Below, one piece after another: positions 25,871 through 39,761 of a stretch of DNA of 64,000 bases; the stretch's first letter is position 1; the number at the start of each line of letters is the position of its first letter. Under the pieces are notes generated by a model that was given only the letters and a program-made list of their open reading frames with translations, was not told the origin of the DNA and ran no database searches. The DNA is taken from assembly GCA_013265495.1 (NCBI GenBank), contig MU063570.1:12602357-12666356 (forward strand), read 5' to 3'. This stretch comes from Vicugna vicugna (lineage: Eukaryota). The position numbers and the translations under genes were made by a program.

Positions 25871-28069
25871 CTCTTTCTGTTTCACAATAGCGGCATCTAT
25901 GAGGAAGGCAGAGACAATGAACCAGAAAGCTTCTTACACACTTTGGCAAAGGTGAAGTTCCTGGAATGGATCACTAACAGTCCAGAACTGGGAGAGGTGG
26001 CACACAACTAGAGATACACAGCCTCTGAGCCTTCGTGAACACGGGGAATAAAGTGAAGCTACTGATGATAAGTTTCACACCCTTTAGACTCAAGAGGCTT
26101 TCTATATCTTGTAGGGTTTACTCTGTGACCATTACATGGGCACAAGTTGATTTGCAGAGAGGTTATAAAAACTGTGAGACTTACCCCTAAAACTGTTATG
26201 CTTTGCAAAGTTTTCATCAAGCCTTGCTCAGTAACATGGGGATGATACAGTTGATTAGATGATTTTTATGAGTATAGAAGAAATGTTCCAAAATGTGTTT
26301 TCAGTGGTTCCAAAATTTGTACCTCCTTTGAGCCCAATTCCTGTAGGTGGTGAACCTATGAATCTCTTACTCGGTATGGTTAGTATAGCCGGTGTAGCTG
26401 GTGGAACCAGGGTGAGATTGGCCGTGTTGTCAGCCCAACTCAAATTTCAATTAGCAGCATGTTCTGAGGTAATCAGGCTCTTAGAAACCTTTTGTTTGTT
26501 TGAGAGCGACCAGGTACAGACTTAGAAGGGCAGCTTTCATGTCTCTACATCCAATCAGTGACCCCCTCGTCTATTCACTCAAGAAGACACTAAGTCAGTT
26601 TCACTCGGGGACGACCCTTCACCCTCATTGCATGATCAGCTCTTCACAAGTGGCCATTGTTTTCATGTGAGACCATCTGTCTACAAGCCAAAATGATCAC
26701 AATCTGCCAACACAACCATGCTTTCCTATTTCCTTTGCAATCTCAAGAGGAGTCCTGAAGCCAGGTACACAAATGCACTTTCTGCATAAGGGCCTGAGCC
26801 AGTGTGCCCACCCAAGTTGTTTCACTTATTTTTTATATCACAGCCCCATATTGCCAGGAAAGAACATGGGCCTTCGGTATGGAAAATGGGAATAATGGAC
26901 TATTTATATGTTGGTTGTTAGGGTTTGAGAACAGGTAAAGCCTGAAGACATTCTACATTCTCAAACAATTTGGTTGCCCTTTCTTGCTCTTTTTCTTCCT
27001 TTTCTTCTGTATTTCCCTCTGAGCTCCAGCGTTTACAGCTTTGGACATTGGCAGTATAGACTGGATTTTCAGAGTGAAAGGAAGCTGGCCTTCCTTTGAG
27101 GAGCCTCAAAAAGCCCTGGAGAAGAAGGAAATTGTCCAGGTGGCATATTAACTCTGTGGTACCAAACGTGCCAGCCAATAGCAATCCTAGGCCATAGATA
27201 AACAGCACCCCAAAAGATTGGACTGTTATAACTGTGATGATCTGTATCTGAGAAGAGGTTGGCCTTTAGTTCGTAGTTCTGGTCAGCTGTTGGAGCCTCA
27301 GTGAGAAGTCTGCAAGATTATAGGGCCATTGGTACCTTCAGAAAGAAGGTACCTAATGGGACTGAAAGGAGAATGTAACTAGAGAAAGTTCTGGAACTTA
27401 ACTCACCCAAAAAGTGAATGTTAAAAAGCCAAAGAAATTTCAGTTTCAAAACTACCATGATTTCCCACTTTTGTGGATATATGAGTACTCTTCTAGGGCC
27501 AACTGTAATCTTCTAGGTTGACTACATTTTAGTAAAATGCTCCCTGTTTCCTTTCTTTCATCTTACAAATAGTCTTAGGTATATGTGTACAGCCAAAGCT
27601 CTATTCTCAGCAATTCTTTTGGAAGCAAAGAAAATGTATGAGGTTGAGGTTTGCACCAGTGCTAGATGTTGACAACCCAACCTTGCTTATCTTGTGGGCT
27701 CATGGAAAACCTTGGACAATTCCATATAATTTATCATCCAAATCAGGACACTTGAGGTACACTAACCAAACAGGTCACCAGGACAACTCTGTAAGCCAGA
27801 GAGGTCCTGGGCAAATCAGGAAGTATCATCTTTGTAATAATGCATAGTGAGGTTAATTGGATGAACAGGGAGGGCTAAGATAGTAATAATGACTTCAAAC
27901 TATATTTTAGGATTTTGTTCTGCCATTGTTTAAATGTTTACTTTTATTTTACATAGAATCCTGTAGAAGCTTAGATTTTATAAAATACTACTTGCTCTTT
28001 TTCTGTCTTTTGTTTTGATACAAGCCACAAGTCAACTAGCTACAAATACACAGGGTCCAGAAGGAAAAC

Positions 28070-28070
<1 letters not shown>

Positions 28071-28104
<34 letters not shown>
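28071..28104 (+). repeat. Poly(A) homopolymer, 34 nt
   Basis: Counted directly; no SINE or L1 body recognised immediately upstream. Confidence 0.95.
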
Positions 28105-28106
<2 letters not shown>

Positions 28107-29589
28107 AAATTGGATTTTAGGCAAGTGAGAATTTTAAGGAAACTGAAAAGTTACGGTCTACAAAACCAGGAGTTCTATTTGTCTGTAAACCTCATAGAAT
28201 TCATGGAACGTGTGGGGTTTTTACATAGTTTAAATGTGCATATGTGATTTTGTTTTTAGTAAGCATCCTGAGCCATGTTTTCCTATAAGATAGTTTTCTC
28301 TATAACTTCTTTAAATAACAAATATTACTTAGAATGTTAACAATTATAGAAAACAAACTTTTAAAAATTTTACATAAAACTTCAAGGACATGAACTGAAC
28401 CACGAATGAACCGTAAAGGGGTATTTTGATAGGTTGGAGCCAACACGACACATTAAAATCTGAGTGGGTAAATGACAGTGGATCTCATCTGGGCTGGTAA
28501 CTAGTCTGTACTTGAGGATTTTGTTGCCATCAAGCACAATATTGTTATGATGTAAATGATGTCCATACTCTAAATTTAAAACTATTCTTTCCAGTGAGGC
28601 TCATTTGGCCTTCACCTTTTCCCATACCTTCTGGTTCTCCTTCTGATCAGCCTCTTGACTAGGGAGAGCCAGACCCATATGTACAGTTTAACCCACTTAT
28701 CAGCCACCAGGTCAGACATTGTCTTATTTTTAACTCCCCCCTGTGCTTCTTGTAGACACAGAATATGGGCCCTCCTTTCAACGTATTTGCTCTAATTCTT
28801 TTCTACAGGAAGTTTCTAGGGACCAATCAGAGCAAGGCAGTTGATACATTTTTCCTTTTAACCACTTAGTCTCTGGTCTGGAGAACTAATAGACTCCTAT
28901 TAGAGAATGACAGGCCTAAATAAGTATTTGCTCACACACACGGAGCAGGTCAAGTGTATCTGGTTTTGTTCTATCTGATTCCTGTGTTTGTTCATGATTT
29001 CTCCCTATGCTGGTGATCAGAATAGTCACATATGCTGTTAAATAAGTGTCCATCTGGAAAAAAAAGATGGTATGAATGAACAGTGCAAGAAACAGTAGGA
29101 TTTAATAATGTTCAAATATGTGTGTGAGGAAGATTTCCAGAAAAGAACAGTAAGAAAGGGAGCAGAGAGATTGTGGAACAGGAAGAAGAGAGACGCAGGA
29201 AAGAAACTGGTTCATCCTAGCAGATAGAAACCGCAGGCATTTTTCAGTCCAGCTAATTATTCTCAGTTGTTTATAATCTCAGCCTCAAATCATGGCCAAA
29301 GAATACATGTGGTGTAATTTCATCTCAGAAAAGGTGTCTCTTTTCAGATCACTTTAGCCTCTCTATTGAATTTCCTCTAAAAATTGGCTTCCATTTTCTC
29401 TATTCTTGGAGGAAAATTAGGCCTTATTTCATAGCTAAAACTTAGGCAAAACTTATTCTCTTCTCTTCTTTTGTGTTTATTTTTATAAGCTGTCAGTGCA
29501 TATTTCTCCATGAAGAATTTTTTTAATTGGTCAAAATTTTATCGTAATATTATTCTTTTTCTTCACATGGGATTTTTAAGTTATCTGTT

Positions 29590-29720
29590 GTCTTACTACA
29601 AAAATAATTTGTGTTCATTGTAGAAAACATCTTTGAAAATACAGACAAGCAAAAATAAGAAAATTAAAATCACTGAAAAAATCACAATGTCCCAAAATAA
29701 CCACTAGCGTGTTCAGTGGT
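29590..29720 (-). mobile_element. Old L1 (L1ME-like) 3' fragment
   Basis: 'gttcattgtagaaaacatctttgaaaatacagacaagcaaaaataagaaaattaaaatcac...aaataaccact'. Confidence 0.65.
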
Positions 29721-32700
29721 TTTTTTTCTTTAAATAATTAAAGGGCTGTTTTTGAGGGAAGGAGTCTGCCCATTTCAACATTGTATATTTGTGAACACGT
29801 GTATCTCATGCATTAATGCGGCTGGGTCTATATGATAGAACCATTTTTTCTAATGACTGGAATATTTAACCAGAAAATATCTGACACACGCAGCTTCCGC
29901 NNNNNNNNNNNNNNNNNNNNNNNNNNNNNNNNNNNNNNNNNNNNNNNNNNNNNNNNNNNNNNNNNNNNNNNNNNNNNNNNNNNNNNNNNNNNNNNNNNNN
30001 NNNNNNNNNNNNNNNNNNNNNNNNNNNNNNNNNNNNNNNNNNNNNNNNNNNNNNNNNNNNNNNNACTTAGAAACTGGGGGCTGCTTTTGTCAATTGAAGA
30101 GGATTATTCCAAGCCACTGAAGCTCCTTGTCAGAATGGAAAAGTGTATTAAAAGAGATGGGATTGCACACCCCAGGGTCGCTTACAATATATATAATTCA
30201 CTAAGCACACATGCTTAAGAGAAAAATAGACCAAACGGAAGAGACTGGAGATCCCTCAAATAGTCTCCTGCCCAAATCAAACATACTAACAAACAAACAA
30301 ACAAACATTCCCAGTTCTGTTTCTCCCTGAACCCCACGCAGACAGAGGTTTCTGCTTATGAGGGCACCGGGCTTGGTGTCCTGGGCTTGGCTCTGGGCAC
30401 ATCCATTCCTCCAGATTCACTTGCCTTTTCAAGCGAGACTTTCACAACAATGGAAGCAGCAGTGCACTCTGTTGTCATAATCATCAAGTGAGATCTGTTT
30501 TCTCTCATTACCAGGAGCTTGGTGATCAGTGACTAGGCATGGCTGGAAAGTATTTCTGAAGATTCTATTTTCTGTGCTTCATTGAAACGGTTGACCAGTA
30601 GTACCCTGCGCTTCCGAGTGCTGGCCACAGCACTTTTTTGTTTCTAGAACATTCCCAACTCTCTCAATCATATTTAGAGGGCTTTGCATAGAGGCTCAGA
30701 AAAGGTGTTCCAATTTACCTGACCCTTCCTTGTAACCTGAGCTGTCAGAAGGCCTTGAGAGAAAATGACACTATCAGGGATGCATGGAAACCCGCTTAAA
30801 ATGGGCATTCTGAAATTCCTTATGACTCTTGTGGGAACCACTTTAAAAATGGTTTTATGATGTGCTCTAGAGATTGAGTCAGTGCAGAATCTTGTTGTTC
30901 CCACTCTGCTCTCAGCACCCAACTTTCCACACTCACCTGGGCTATCAGTGATCTGTGCTTACCTGGAAGTAAAGAGCAGCCTGGGTACTTTTTCAATAAA
31001 GGAGGGAAGAAGGGAGGAAAGGGGACTGAGAAAGGGAAGAGAAGGGGGAGGGGGAAGCAGAAAGATTTAAGGAGTGAAATGTGTGCCTGTTTGCAAGTCA
31101 TTTAGAGCCCAGTTCCATGACCCGTGGCTGGCCTGCCTAGATTCAGAAAATCATAAGTATGAACTGTGAAAATCTTGTTGAATGATGTGAGAAAAAGCCA
31201 ATCCAGTCTCATTATACTGTTTTGGGGCCCCCCGTCCCCCAGTGCCTTTCTGTTTTCAAAGAGCTGTGACACATATCAGTAGCTTCACCAGAAAAACCAC
31301 ATAATTTTCCTCCAAAATATCAGAATGAATCACCTTGATTTTCTAAATTGTGGGATACCCTGAGAAAGCCACGCAAAAGGTATTTTTAAGTACAGAGGAG
31401 AAGCAAATATGTTTAAAATGGGGCTGTTTTAAGGACTTTACATCTAGAGAAAAGCTCTGCCTGCCACCGCCAGTCATAAACTAATGACTAATTTAAAATA
31501 CATCCCTGAATATAAAATAACATTTAAACTTATTAATAAATCATTTATTTCTTCAGCTTTTCCCCTTATGGACAGAAATGCTTAGTTTTGTGAGAGAATC
31601 TGGCTGGTAAAATACAAATAAGGTGCAGCACTAGCTTATTATAATCTATAGCTTAGTCAACAAGGCTCCCGGCAATCTGCAGGAAGGGAAATTAAGGCAC
31701 AAAATGATCTGTGGAAGATTGCATAAAAATTCAGCCACAAAGTTGGGGAGAAAGCATTCTAGCTCCTGATTTTTTTTTTTTTTTTTTTTGGTCACTGTCA
31801 AACTGTCACAAATAACTAAGAAAGTCTGCTTGGGGCATTTCAAACTCTGAATTCTCTGTTTATGTGGATGTTGGAATTTCCTCCCACTCCCAAACATATA
31901 TTCTAGACTTATGGGTTAAAGATCAACATTACTCTGATAAACCTTACTCTGACTCGAGATTTACTTAACCAACTGTAATATTCCTACTACCCAGATTCAA
32001 TCTGTTGAGCAAATACAAATCATGTTGCAAATGACCTCCCTATGTATTTCCTCAGTTTGTGTTTTAGAAGTATAACATTAGGCATAGGAGATGGTGGTGC
32101 CAATGAAACTATTACATACCATACTTACTTACTTACCATAGATTTTTAAATGGGACTACAACAGAGAAACCAAGAAACCACATCATTTGTGAAAATAAGA
32201 AATCACATCGTAAATGCTTCAGTTCAGATAAGCATCTGTTTCAAATCCAAAAACACTGAGAGAAGTAACATTGTATTCAAAGAAGTTTCCTGCTTTGTCT
32301 TGATCTGAAGCCAGTCTAACTCCTGATACCACTTACTTGTGTGAGATCTTAGGACAGTCATGAAGAGGATGGGGAAATTTATTGAAACTTTCTGACACAT
32401 CTGTGTTCAGAAATGAACTTGTCATACAGCAAAATATGATTTCTTTGCTCTTATTTAGTTTCCTACCTGGATATCTCTTCCCATTTGAGCTGATTCAGAC
32501 ACCCTGACCTTGGATAAAAACACTTAATCTGTGAGTCTTTTCCCATTTCTGTGTTGGCACACCCCTCTATGTTCTCTGTCCTACAGCCACGTGTCCAACC
32601 CCTTCTTCCTCTCTGTGACCCTCCCCACTTCTCCCCTTCCGTCTTCTTACTTCCTTGGTGTGTCCTCTCTGTTGGACATTGGGCGACTTCTGGACCCCCA

Positions 32701-34889
32701 CCCCCCAGAGGCTCTCTCGTTGTTAGCAGCCCTCAGAATTGGATTCTGGAAGCCATTAGGCTTGAGTGACTATTTGACTGAAAAGTCAACACCCATTTTC
32801 TCTTCTAAAAAAAAAGTCCCCTCCATGAGAAAAACCTTGCAAAAACCACGTCGACACTATAAAGAAGGAAAGGAGGGTGAGTAGCGTGGACCAGATTCAG
32901 ACTAAACCAATGATGCGCTTTTACCCAGCCTTCTGGCCTCTGAGCAGTGGTTCTCTGTCTCTCTGCTCACCAAGTCCCCAGTCTCTCTGCTGCCTTGTCT
33001 TCTGGTCCATCTCTGTGTCATCTCACTATTGATGGCCTGCACAGTTGGGCCATTTCCCCATAGTTCCTCTGTCTCACCCATGCTGTCAATGCCAGCCCCT
33101 CAACAACATGGGAAGAAAAGCAGTGGCTGGATGATGGGGAGGGTACAGTCTATGACGGAGAAATGGAGATTTCACAGGGCACTAAGTAGACGATTAAGAG
33201 CAGTACATGCTGCTCTGACAACCTAATTGTCACGACTGATTTCAAATGTGTCAGCAGTGATTCTGAAGCCTGCTTGGAAATGTATCCGGTCTTAAGAGAT
33301 TGGAAAGTTTACCAATGGTCTACTCTTGGCGAAGGAGTATGCCCAGCTTGGCACTGTCACCCCCACATCTTATCTGTGCCTAATGAACAAGAAAAAGACA
33401 CCAGAATGCCACCACCATCTAAATGGTGGCATCTAATTGATTTTAATCTTAGTTCAACAGTGTGACCAAAAGGATGTTCCAATTACTATCACCATATGGG
33501 ACACTGAGTGTCTGATTAGTAGGGATGCTCTTGTTCTTCATTCTTTCAAGCGACCACTCATTATTCTGTATGTCTTTGGCCCCGTCAATGAATAGTGTGC
33601 ATTGAAGGTGCTTTTTAGCTTACAGCCAGAGAGGGGCGAAGGTTTCGGAGCAAGCTGGGTCCTACGTAAGTGGTTCCTACTAGAGCCAGTGGTGTAGCAG
33701 CTGCAGACTTTCACTNNNNNNNNNNNNNNNNNNNNNNNNNNNNNNNNNNNNNNNNNNNNNNNNNNNNNNNNNNNNNNNNNNNNNNNNNNNNNNNNNNNNN
33801 NNNNNNNNNNNNNNNNNNNNNNNNNNNNNNNNNNNNNNNNNNNNNNNCAGTGCAGTGCAGTGGAAGATGAAAATGGCACCTCCCAGGGGCCCCGTGGGCA
33901 AAGCTGTTTCCTTTGGTGGGTGCGTTTTTGTCCACGATCACAGTGCCACCCACTGAGGTCATCTCATCAGGCCTTGGAGTGAGGTCTCTGGAAATGAGGA
34001 GAGGTTCCTACCAGGAACGGTTGGGATCTGGACTAGGACAGGACCAGACCAACAGGGATAGTTCTGGCTCTTAAAGTGGGATAGTAGCCACTATTTGTGT
34101 TAGAAAACACAAATGAATGAAGGTACTTTAGTTTAGGAGTAACTTCCAGGAAAAAAAAAATCAAACGTGTGTCATTGCCTATATCTATGACTAGATAGTC
34201 CATAAATTTCTTTCCAACAAAAGATTTGATGAGCTCAGAAGGTAAAAATATGAGCTAGATTAAATAATCATGAATGTCAACGCGGGTTTCTGTTTTTATT
34301 CGTGCATTGTCCTTAAACATGGGTAATTAAGACCTGACAGTAAGTTGGCATTTTAGTTCATAGTGTTTGAAACACTCTACTTCTGCGTACTGAGGACTGA
34401 GTAGTAAATCTAAAATTGCAGTAAATCAAGTTATTGTCCAATGTGTTTTCTAAATGTGATCCACGTGATCCAGAAAAGTGACATGTCATAGTAATATACT
34501 CACCTTTGGGCAAAAGATAGGCAAGTTCTTTCTGTTGGATGCTAAGATCTACAGTAGATTAGGAGTTGGGTTGGGGAAAGTCGATAATGGCCAGAGCCCC
34601 ATTGTCAAATGGTACATGTAGAACCTTGGGGAAGAACAGATGTCATTAGTTATAGTTTAGTCCTACCTGTTCTTTCGGGGGAGAAGAAGTTGAAGAAAGC
34701 ATCTGGTCTAATAAAAGGAGCCAGGCTTGTTTATCTTGTTTACTGTCTTGAAGCTTCACCAATGGAGCAGGACTACAGACAGACCAAAAGCTTCCTGAAG
34801 GCCCCAGTGGCTTTCAAAAAGTACTCAAATAACTCCAGAAATCAGAACATCTGGCTTTTTGCACGGGTTCAGCATTCAAAATGACATTG

Positions 34890-35265
34890 AGCAGCTTAAA
34901 GTGGGATGGAAAGGACTTGAAAGTCAGATGGATCAAGATGTGAGTCTAGCCCTAGGAGAACGATTTTGAGCAAATTGATTAATCTTAAGCCNNNNNNNNN
35001 NNNNNNNNNNNNNNNNNNNNNNNNNNNNNNNNNNNNNNNNNNNNNNNNNNNNNNNNNNNNNNNNNNNNNNNNNNNNNNNNNNNNNNNNNNNNNNNNNNNN
35101 NNNNNNNNNNNNNNNNNNNNNNNNNNNNNNNNNNNNNNNNNNNNNNNNNNNNNNNNNNNNNNNNNNNNGTGTCTAGAAGTCCCACTTCCTAGGACGGTGG
35201 AAGTGATTCAACTAGAAAATGTATATGAAAATGACTGACACACAGTAGGTACTAGGTAAATGCAA
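34890..35265 (+). mobile_element. MIR SINE spanning an N-run
   Basis: Left 'ttgagcaaattgattaatcttaagcc'; right 'cacttcctaggacggtggaagtgattcaactagaaaatgtatatgaaaatgactgacacacagtaggtact'. Confidence 0.6.
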
Positions 35266-37362
35266 GTTCTCTTCCCTTTTTGGACATGTGGTGCAGTCAC
35301 TTACCTCTTCTGTACTTTAGTTTCCTTGTATATAAAATGAGGGGTAATCATGTCAACATATATTTATCTGCTTAAAATTCTTCTTCTACTAAAAAGCAAT
35401 GACTTGAGCATCAGTAAAACAACCCTCCCTGCTTTTCAACTTCCCTTTCTTGTTTGACATCTTTCAAACCCCTCCGCTTTCTTCAAAGGAGGACTTCACC
35501 CCGAGTCCAGTCAAGGTGCACGTGCAGGGCTGTGCTCTGCACTGCGTATGCATGGGTCGCCGCTGCCATGGCTGGAAGCCCATGTCCTCCCAGGGGACGC
35601 CTTGTCTGCAGGTACTGCCCCCAGCCTGCAGTGAACCCGGGACCTTTTATTGATCTTGTGTGCATCTGGCTCCAGTGTGATACCAGGAAGAATGGAGGTT
35701 TCTGGCCCTGGACTTGGTCCTGGACAAATAAATGTGTTTGTCGAAGCCCTTTCCTGACATGGGCTGTCTCAAGCCCAGGTGGCGTTGTGGAGGGTAATTA
35801 GTTCTCTTTATTGGAGGGAACATCAGGAGCTCCGGCCTGCTTGCCGTGGACACGTGCAAAAAGGTTTTGTTAATACAGCTGTTACTTGCTCTTTCATCAT
35901 GCTAATGGGTAGCCTGGAAGAAATTTAACTTCCTATCACGGGCACCAAGCNNNNNNNNNNNNNNNNNNNNNNNNNNNNNNNNNNNNNNNNNNNNNNNNNN
36001 NNNNNNNNNNNNNNNNNNNNNNNNNNNNNNNNNNNNNNNNNNNNNNNNNNNNNNNNNNNNNNNNNNNNNNNNNNNNNNNNNNNNNNNNNNNNNNNNNNGG
36101 TTTAGCTGTTTACACTGACACACTGCTGCACCCTTTTAGAGCTGCAGCTGGGGGTCAGATTCATTAGGGAGCATCAGTGCCGATGGGGAGGCAGCAGCCA
36201 GTAGAATTCTCTCTGCTCCTCTGTCGGAAGCAGCAAGGCAGGGAGACTGCATCTTGGAATGGGTGACTTTTAATTCTCTTCTTTGTTACGATTGTTTGAG
36301 AAGCTCTGTTTGTTCTTTGAGCATCCACAGAAAAGATGCGAGAGAAAGAAAGATCTGGGGCTAGCACTCGCCCCCAGTGATGAAGCAGAGGAACACTGGA
36401 CCCGCTGTGGGTTGCTTTTCTCTTTGCTAATGTGTGGCTTTTGTTGCCCAGGAAGGCTGCAGGGAGGGAGTAAAAAGCACATGTCTTTCTTGCCGCAACA
36501 AACAGGGCTGAAAAGCAGAAGTAAATTAGTGGAACTAGATCCTTGGCCCTTTGTTCTCTCCTTTGTCCCCTCTATTTTATGAGTATTCCCCTTGACAAAT
36601 TTGGGGTCCAGACTGCCTTTATAATGCTTGAAGCCACTTATCTTTTACTTCTAATGTTGCTATCCCTCTGGATATTAAGAAATAGAGGGTGATACTGCAG
36701 AATACCTGGTTCATTTTGCCATCACTGTGCCCAGCCATGTGGCCGATAACCTGGAATGGCTAGAGTGGTCACGGCATCAGGAGCTGAAGAGCAGGCCTCT
36801 ACTTTCGCCACATATGACCTTCGGTCCATGAGTCCGAGTGCAGGAGAATGCAACTGACGGGCCATGCGGCGCCGTCAGAATGTCATGTGAGAGCATACGA
36901 GCTGCAAAGGGCAAGCAGGGCCAGCATCCTCCGCCAGTTCAGGAACTGCTGGCATCACTGCACAGCGCAGACACGTCTCACCCTGTCACAGCTTCTTCGT
37001 CTGACAGGCTGCAGAAGCCCCTTTCCACCTCTACCTTTCCATAAGGATGTAAGGGTAATCAGTGCAGTTCCTCGCATTAAATAATACACCCATTTTCAAA
37101 AGTAATCCCCACATCACCCTGCCCTTGCCCATCCTGACTGGATCATTGCACTTGGCAAGAACATCCCTTGCCAGGCCTTTTCTTCTAGCCGTTGCTGCTA
37201 ACACTGCACCCTGGATTCCTCTGCCTGAACGATCCTTGTTGAGTCATGCCAGGAGATTTGTGGGCGTCTTCCTACAGCACATCATATGCCATACAGTGCC
37301 ACCAAATCATGAAGCTCTGAGAAGCTTTTCAGGACCTATCACAGCTTTCTCTGTCCAAGCAT

Positions 37363-37535
37363 ATATTTTTTAAGATATTTATTTATTTGTGTTACACTGT
37401 CTTTTTTTTGGAGGGGTGGGGGTAATTAGGTTTATTTTTATTTATTTACATTTTTAACGGAGGTACTGGGGATTGAACCCAGGACCTCGTGTATGCTAAG
37501 CACACGCTCCACCCCTTAGCTCTACCCCCCCACCC
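37363..37535 (-). mobile_element. Camelid tRNA-derived SINE (Vic-1-like) with extended tail
   Basis: Antisense SINE body; 12-bp TSD ctgtccaagcat at 37351-37362 and 37536-37547. Confidence 0.93.
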
Positions 37536-39635
37536 CTGTCCAAGCATTATGATACCCAGTTCGCGAGCCCATTGTTGTCAGCCTGGCTAGGGAGTCACCA
37601 GCTGCTCTGGGGAGAGACCCTGTCCCATCAACTGTATTAATATCTGCACCTTCTTTTCCTGTCTGCCCAGTGCAGAGCCACGAAGGGGGGATCCTGGGGT
37701 CTAGGGGCCTTGGCACCATTTAGAGGCTTAACATGGTTTATGTGCCCTTGCTCCGTCCCAGTTCCTGGGAGGCTGCCAAGGATATCCACGCACAGGAGAG
37801 GGGTGTTCACGGTGGCATAAGTATGTATACACGAGATGCTTTTCCATCTTTGTGGGGCTTTTGATACCTTCCTATTCACTTGTATTTACACAGAGTAAGT
37901 CACATGCTCTTCCAGGGGAGTTAGCGCTGGGTCAGAAAAGCAGGGGGAGTTGATTCCAGGACCCCACGTCCACCGCCTGACCCCAGGGGCTGCAGCCCCC
38001 ACCAGCAGCTCCTCCCCTCACCCCCTGCTCCCACCATCTCCCCTTCGTCTCCACCATCTCCTTGTCTCTTTGCGGGTCATTTATAACCAGCAGTCATGGC
38101 GTACAGGCCTCATTAGTGATATAGCCATTCCTTCAGTGCTTCAGAAATAATCATTTAGGAAAAAANNNNNNNNNNNNNNNNNNNNNNNNNNNNNNNNNNN
38201 NNNNNNNNNNNNNNNNNNNNNNNNNNNNNNNNNNNNNNNNNNNNNNNNNNNNNNNNNNNNNNNNNNNNNNNNNNNNNNNNNNNNNNNNNNNNNNNNNGCT
38301 GGGTGTACGCACGCGCTGCACCTCTGCTCCCAGACGCTGTTCCTCTTGAGGGGGCGTGAGAGGCTCATCAACAGAAGCACCCTCCGTTCTGAAAAAGAAG
38401 AAAGCCATTGACCAGGATGGGGACCACGTAGCAGAAGATGAGCCAGTTCATGCTTGTTTGTATTTGAAAGACTGTGGGTAACGTGCCCAAAGCAATTCAT
38501 GCTTAGCCCCCATCTTGGTAAAGCAGGTGTCCCGAGAGTGCTTTAGCCCTTGACCCTTTGTTCCTGTAGGATCTGATTTGTGTGACGGTGGACAGGGATG
38601 GACTTCTGCTGCCAACTGAGCCTCCAGATGCCTCTGATGCTCTTCCCACTAGGAGTGGGGAGGGGCAAGTGTGGGGATCGTAGGCTGCTCTGACGAGGAA
38701 TGATGCCAGCAAGTCCTTGATGGCAAATGGTGTCCTCAAGCCAGACTTGCAGATGTGCAAGCCACCTGGCTTCCCAGAAATCTGCTCCCTGAAAAGACTT
38801 TTCCATTTTGAGAATGTGGCTAAGGCTGGTATTAGCCCACCTGAATATTTTAGAGTGAAGGTTTTCAAGTGATTTCAGCCATGGGTCTGATGGGAAGACC
38901 TTAGATATCTGTTTAGAGCCATGTCGCCGACACTGTGTCAGGTGCCAGCCAGGCCACCACGCCATCATAAACCTCACTGTTATAAGCCAAGAAAGAGAGG
39001 TGTGCACCACCTCTTGATTCCACAGGAATGCTTTGAAAGCAGCAATTAGTGTTTAATAATAATAATATTGGGTTTTCTGTTCTGGGGTGAATGGGACGAG
39101 AATGTGCCAAACCATGTCTTGTCCTAAACATAACAGCATTTTCCTACAGAAAATTTAGACAATTTTCCAAGAGAAAAAATGGAAAAAGCAAATGAATTGA
39201 AGAACCAACAATAAAAATTTTTGATTTGGGGACCTCAACAGCAACACTTCCATGGTTTCCTCTTCTCAGAAGTGCACTTTACTAAGCTTAGGATTCCTTT
39301 TTCTAAGAAAGACATCTTGGTTTCCCCAGAGTAGTTCGGTGGACAAGTAGGGATGCTCAGGGGTGAAGAAAAAGATGGACAATATCTCAAGGATACTATC
39401 CTCCCCAAAATTAGACTCAAAGTGATAGTAGGCAGGAGGGAATATTGATAGGGTAGGTAAATCTCTACAAGGTAGGGAAACACTGCTGAAATGCAGTATT
39501 TTTTTCAGAAATAAGCCCCCAAAATAAAATGAAAAATCTAGTGCCTCATTGAAAATTAATAGTAGATTCACATGCATGCTAATATCACTATTAAGAGTAA
39601 ATCCTGGAAGTGTTGCTGTTGAGGTCCCCTTGGAG

Positions 39636-39761
39636 AGGAGGAGGGTATAGGTCAGAGGTAGAGCATGTGCTTAGCATGCACAAGGTCCTGGGTTCAATCC
39701 CCAGTACCTCTATTAAAAACAAACAAACAAACCTAATTACCCCCCGCAAAAAAAAAAAAAA
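39636..39761 (+). mobile_element. Camelid tRNA-derived SINE (Vic-1-like)
   Basis: ggagggtataggtcagaggtagagcatgtgcttagcatgcacaaggtcctgggttcaatccccagtacctc...acctaattacccccc followed by an A tail. Confidence 0.93.

Noticed and set aside
26000-28104. Processed pseudogene ending at the A34 tract
   Set aside because: No poly(A) signal, TSD or recognisable ORF upstream
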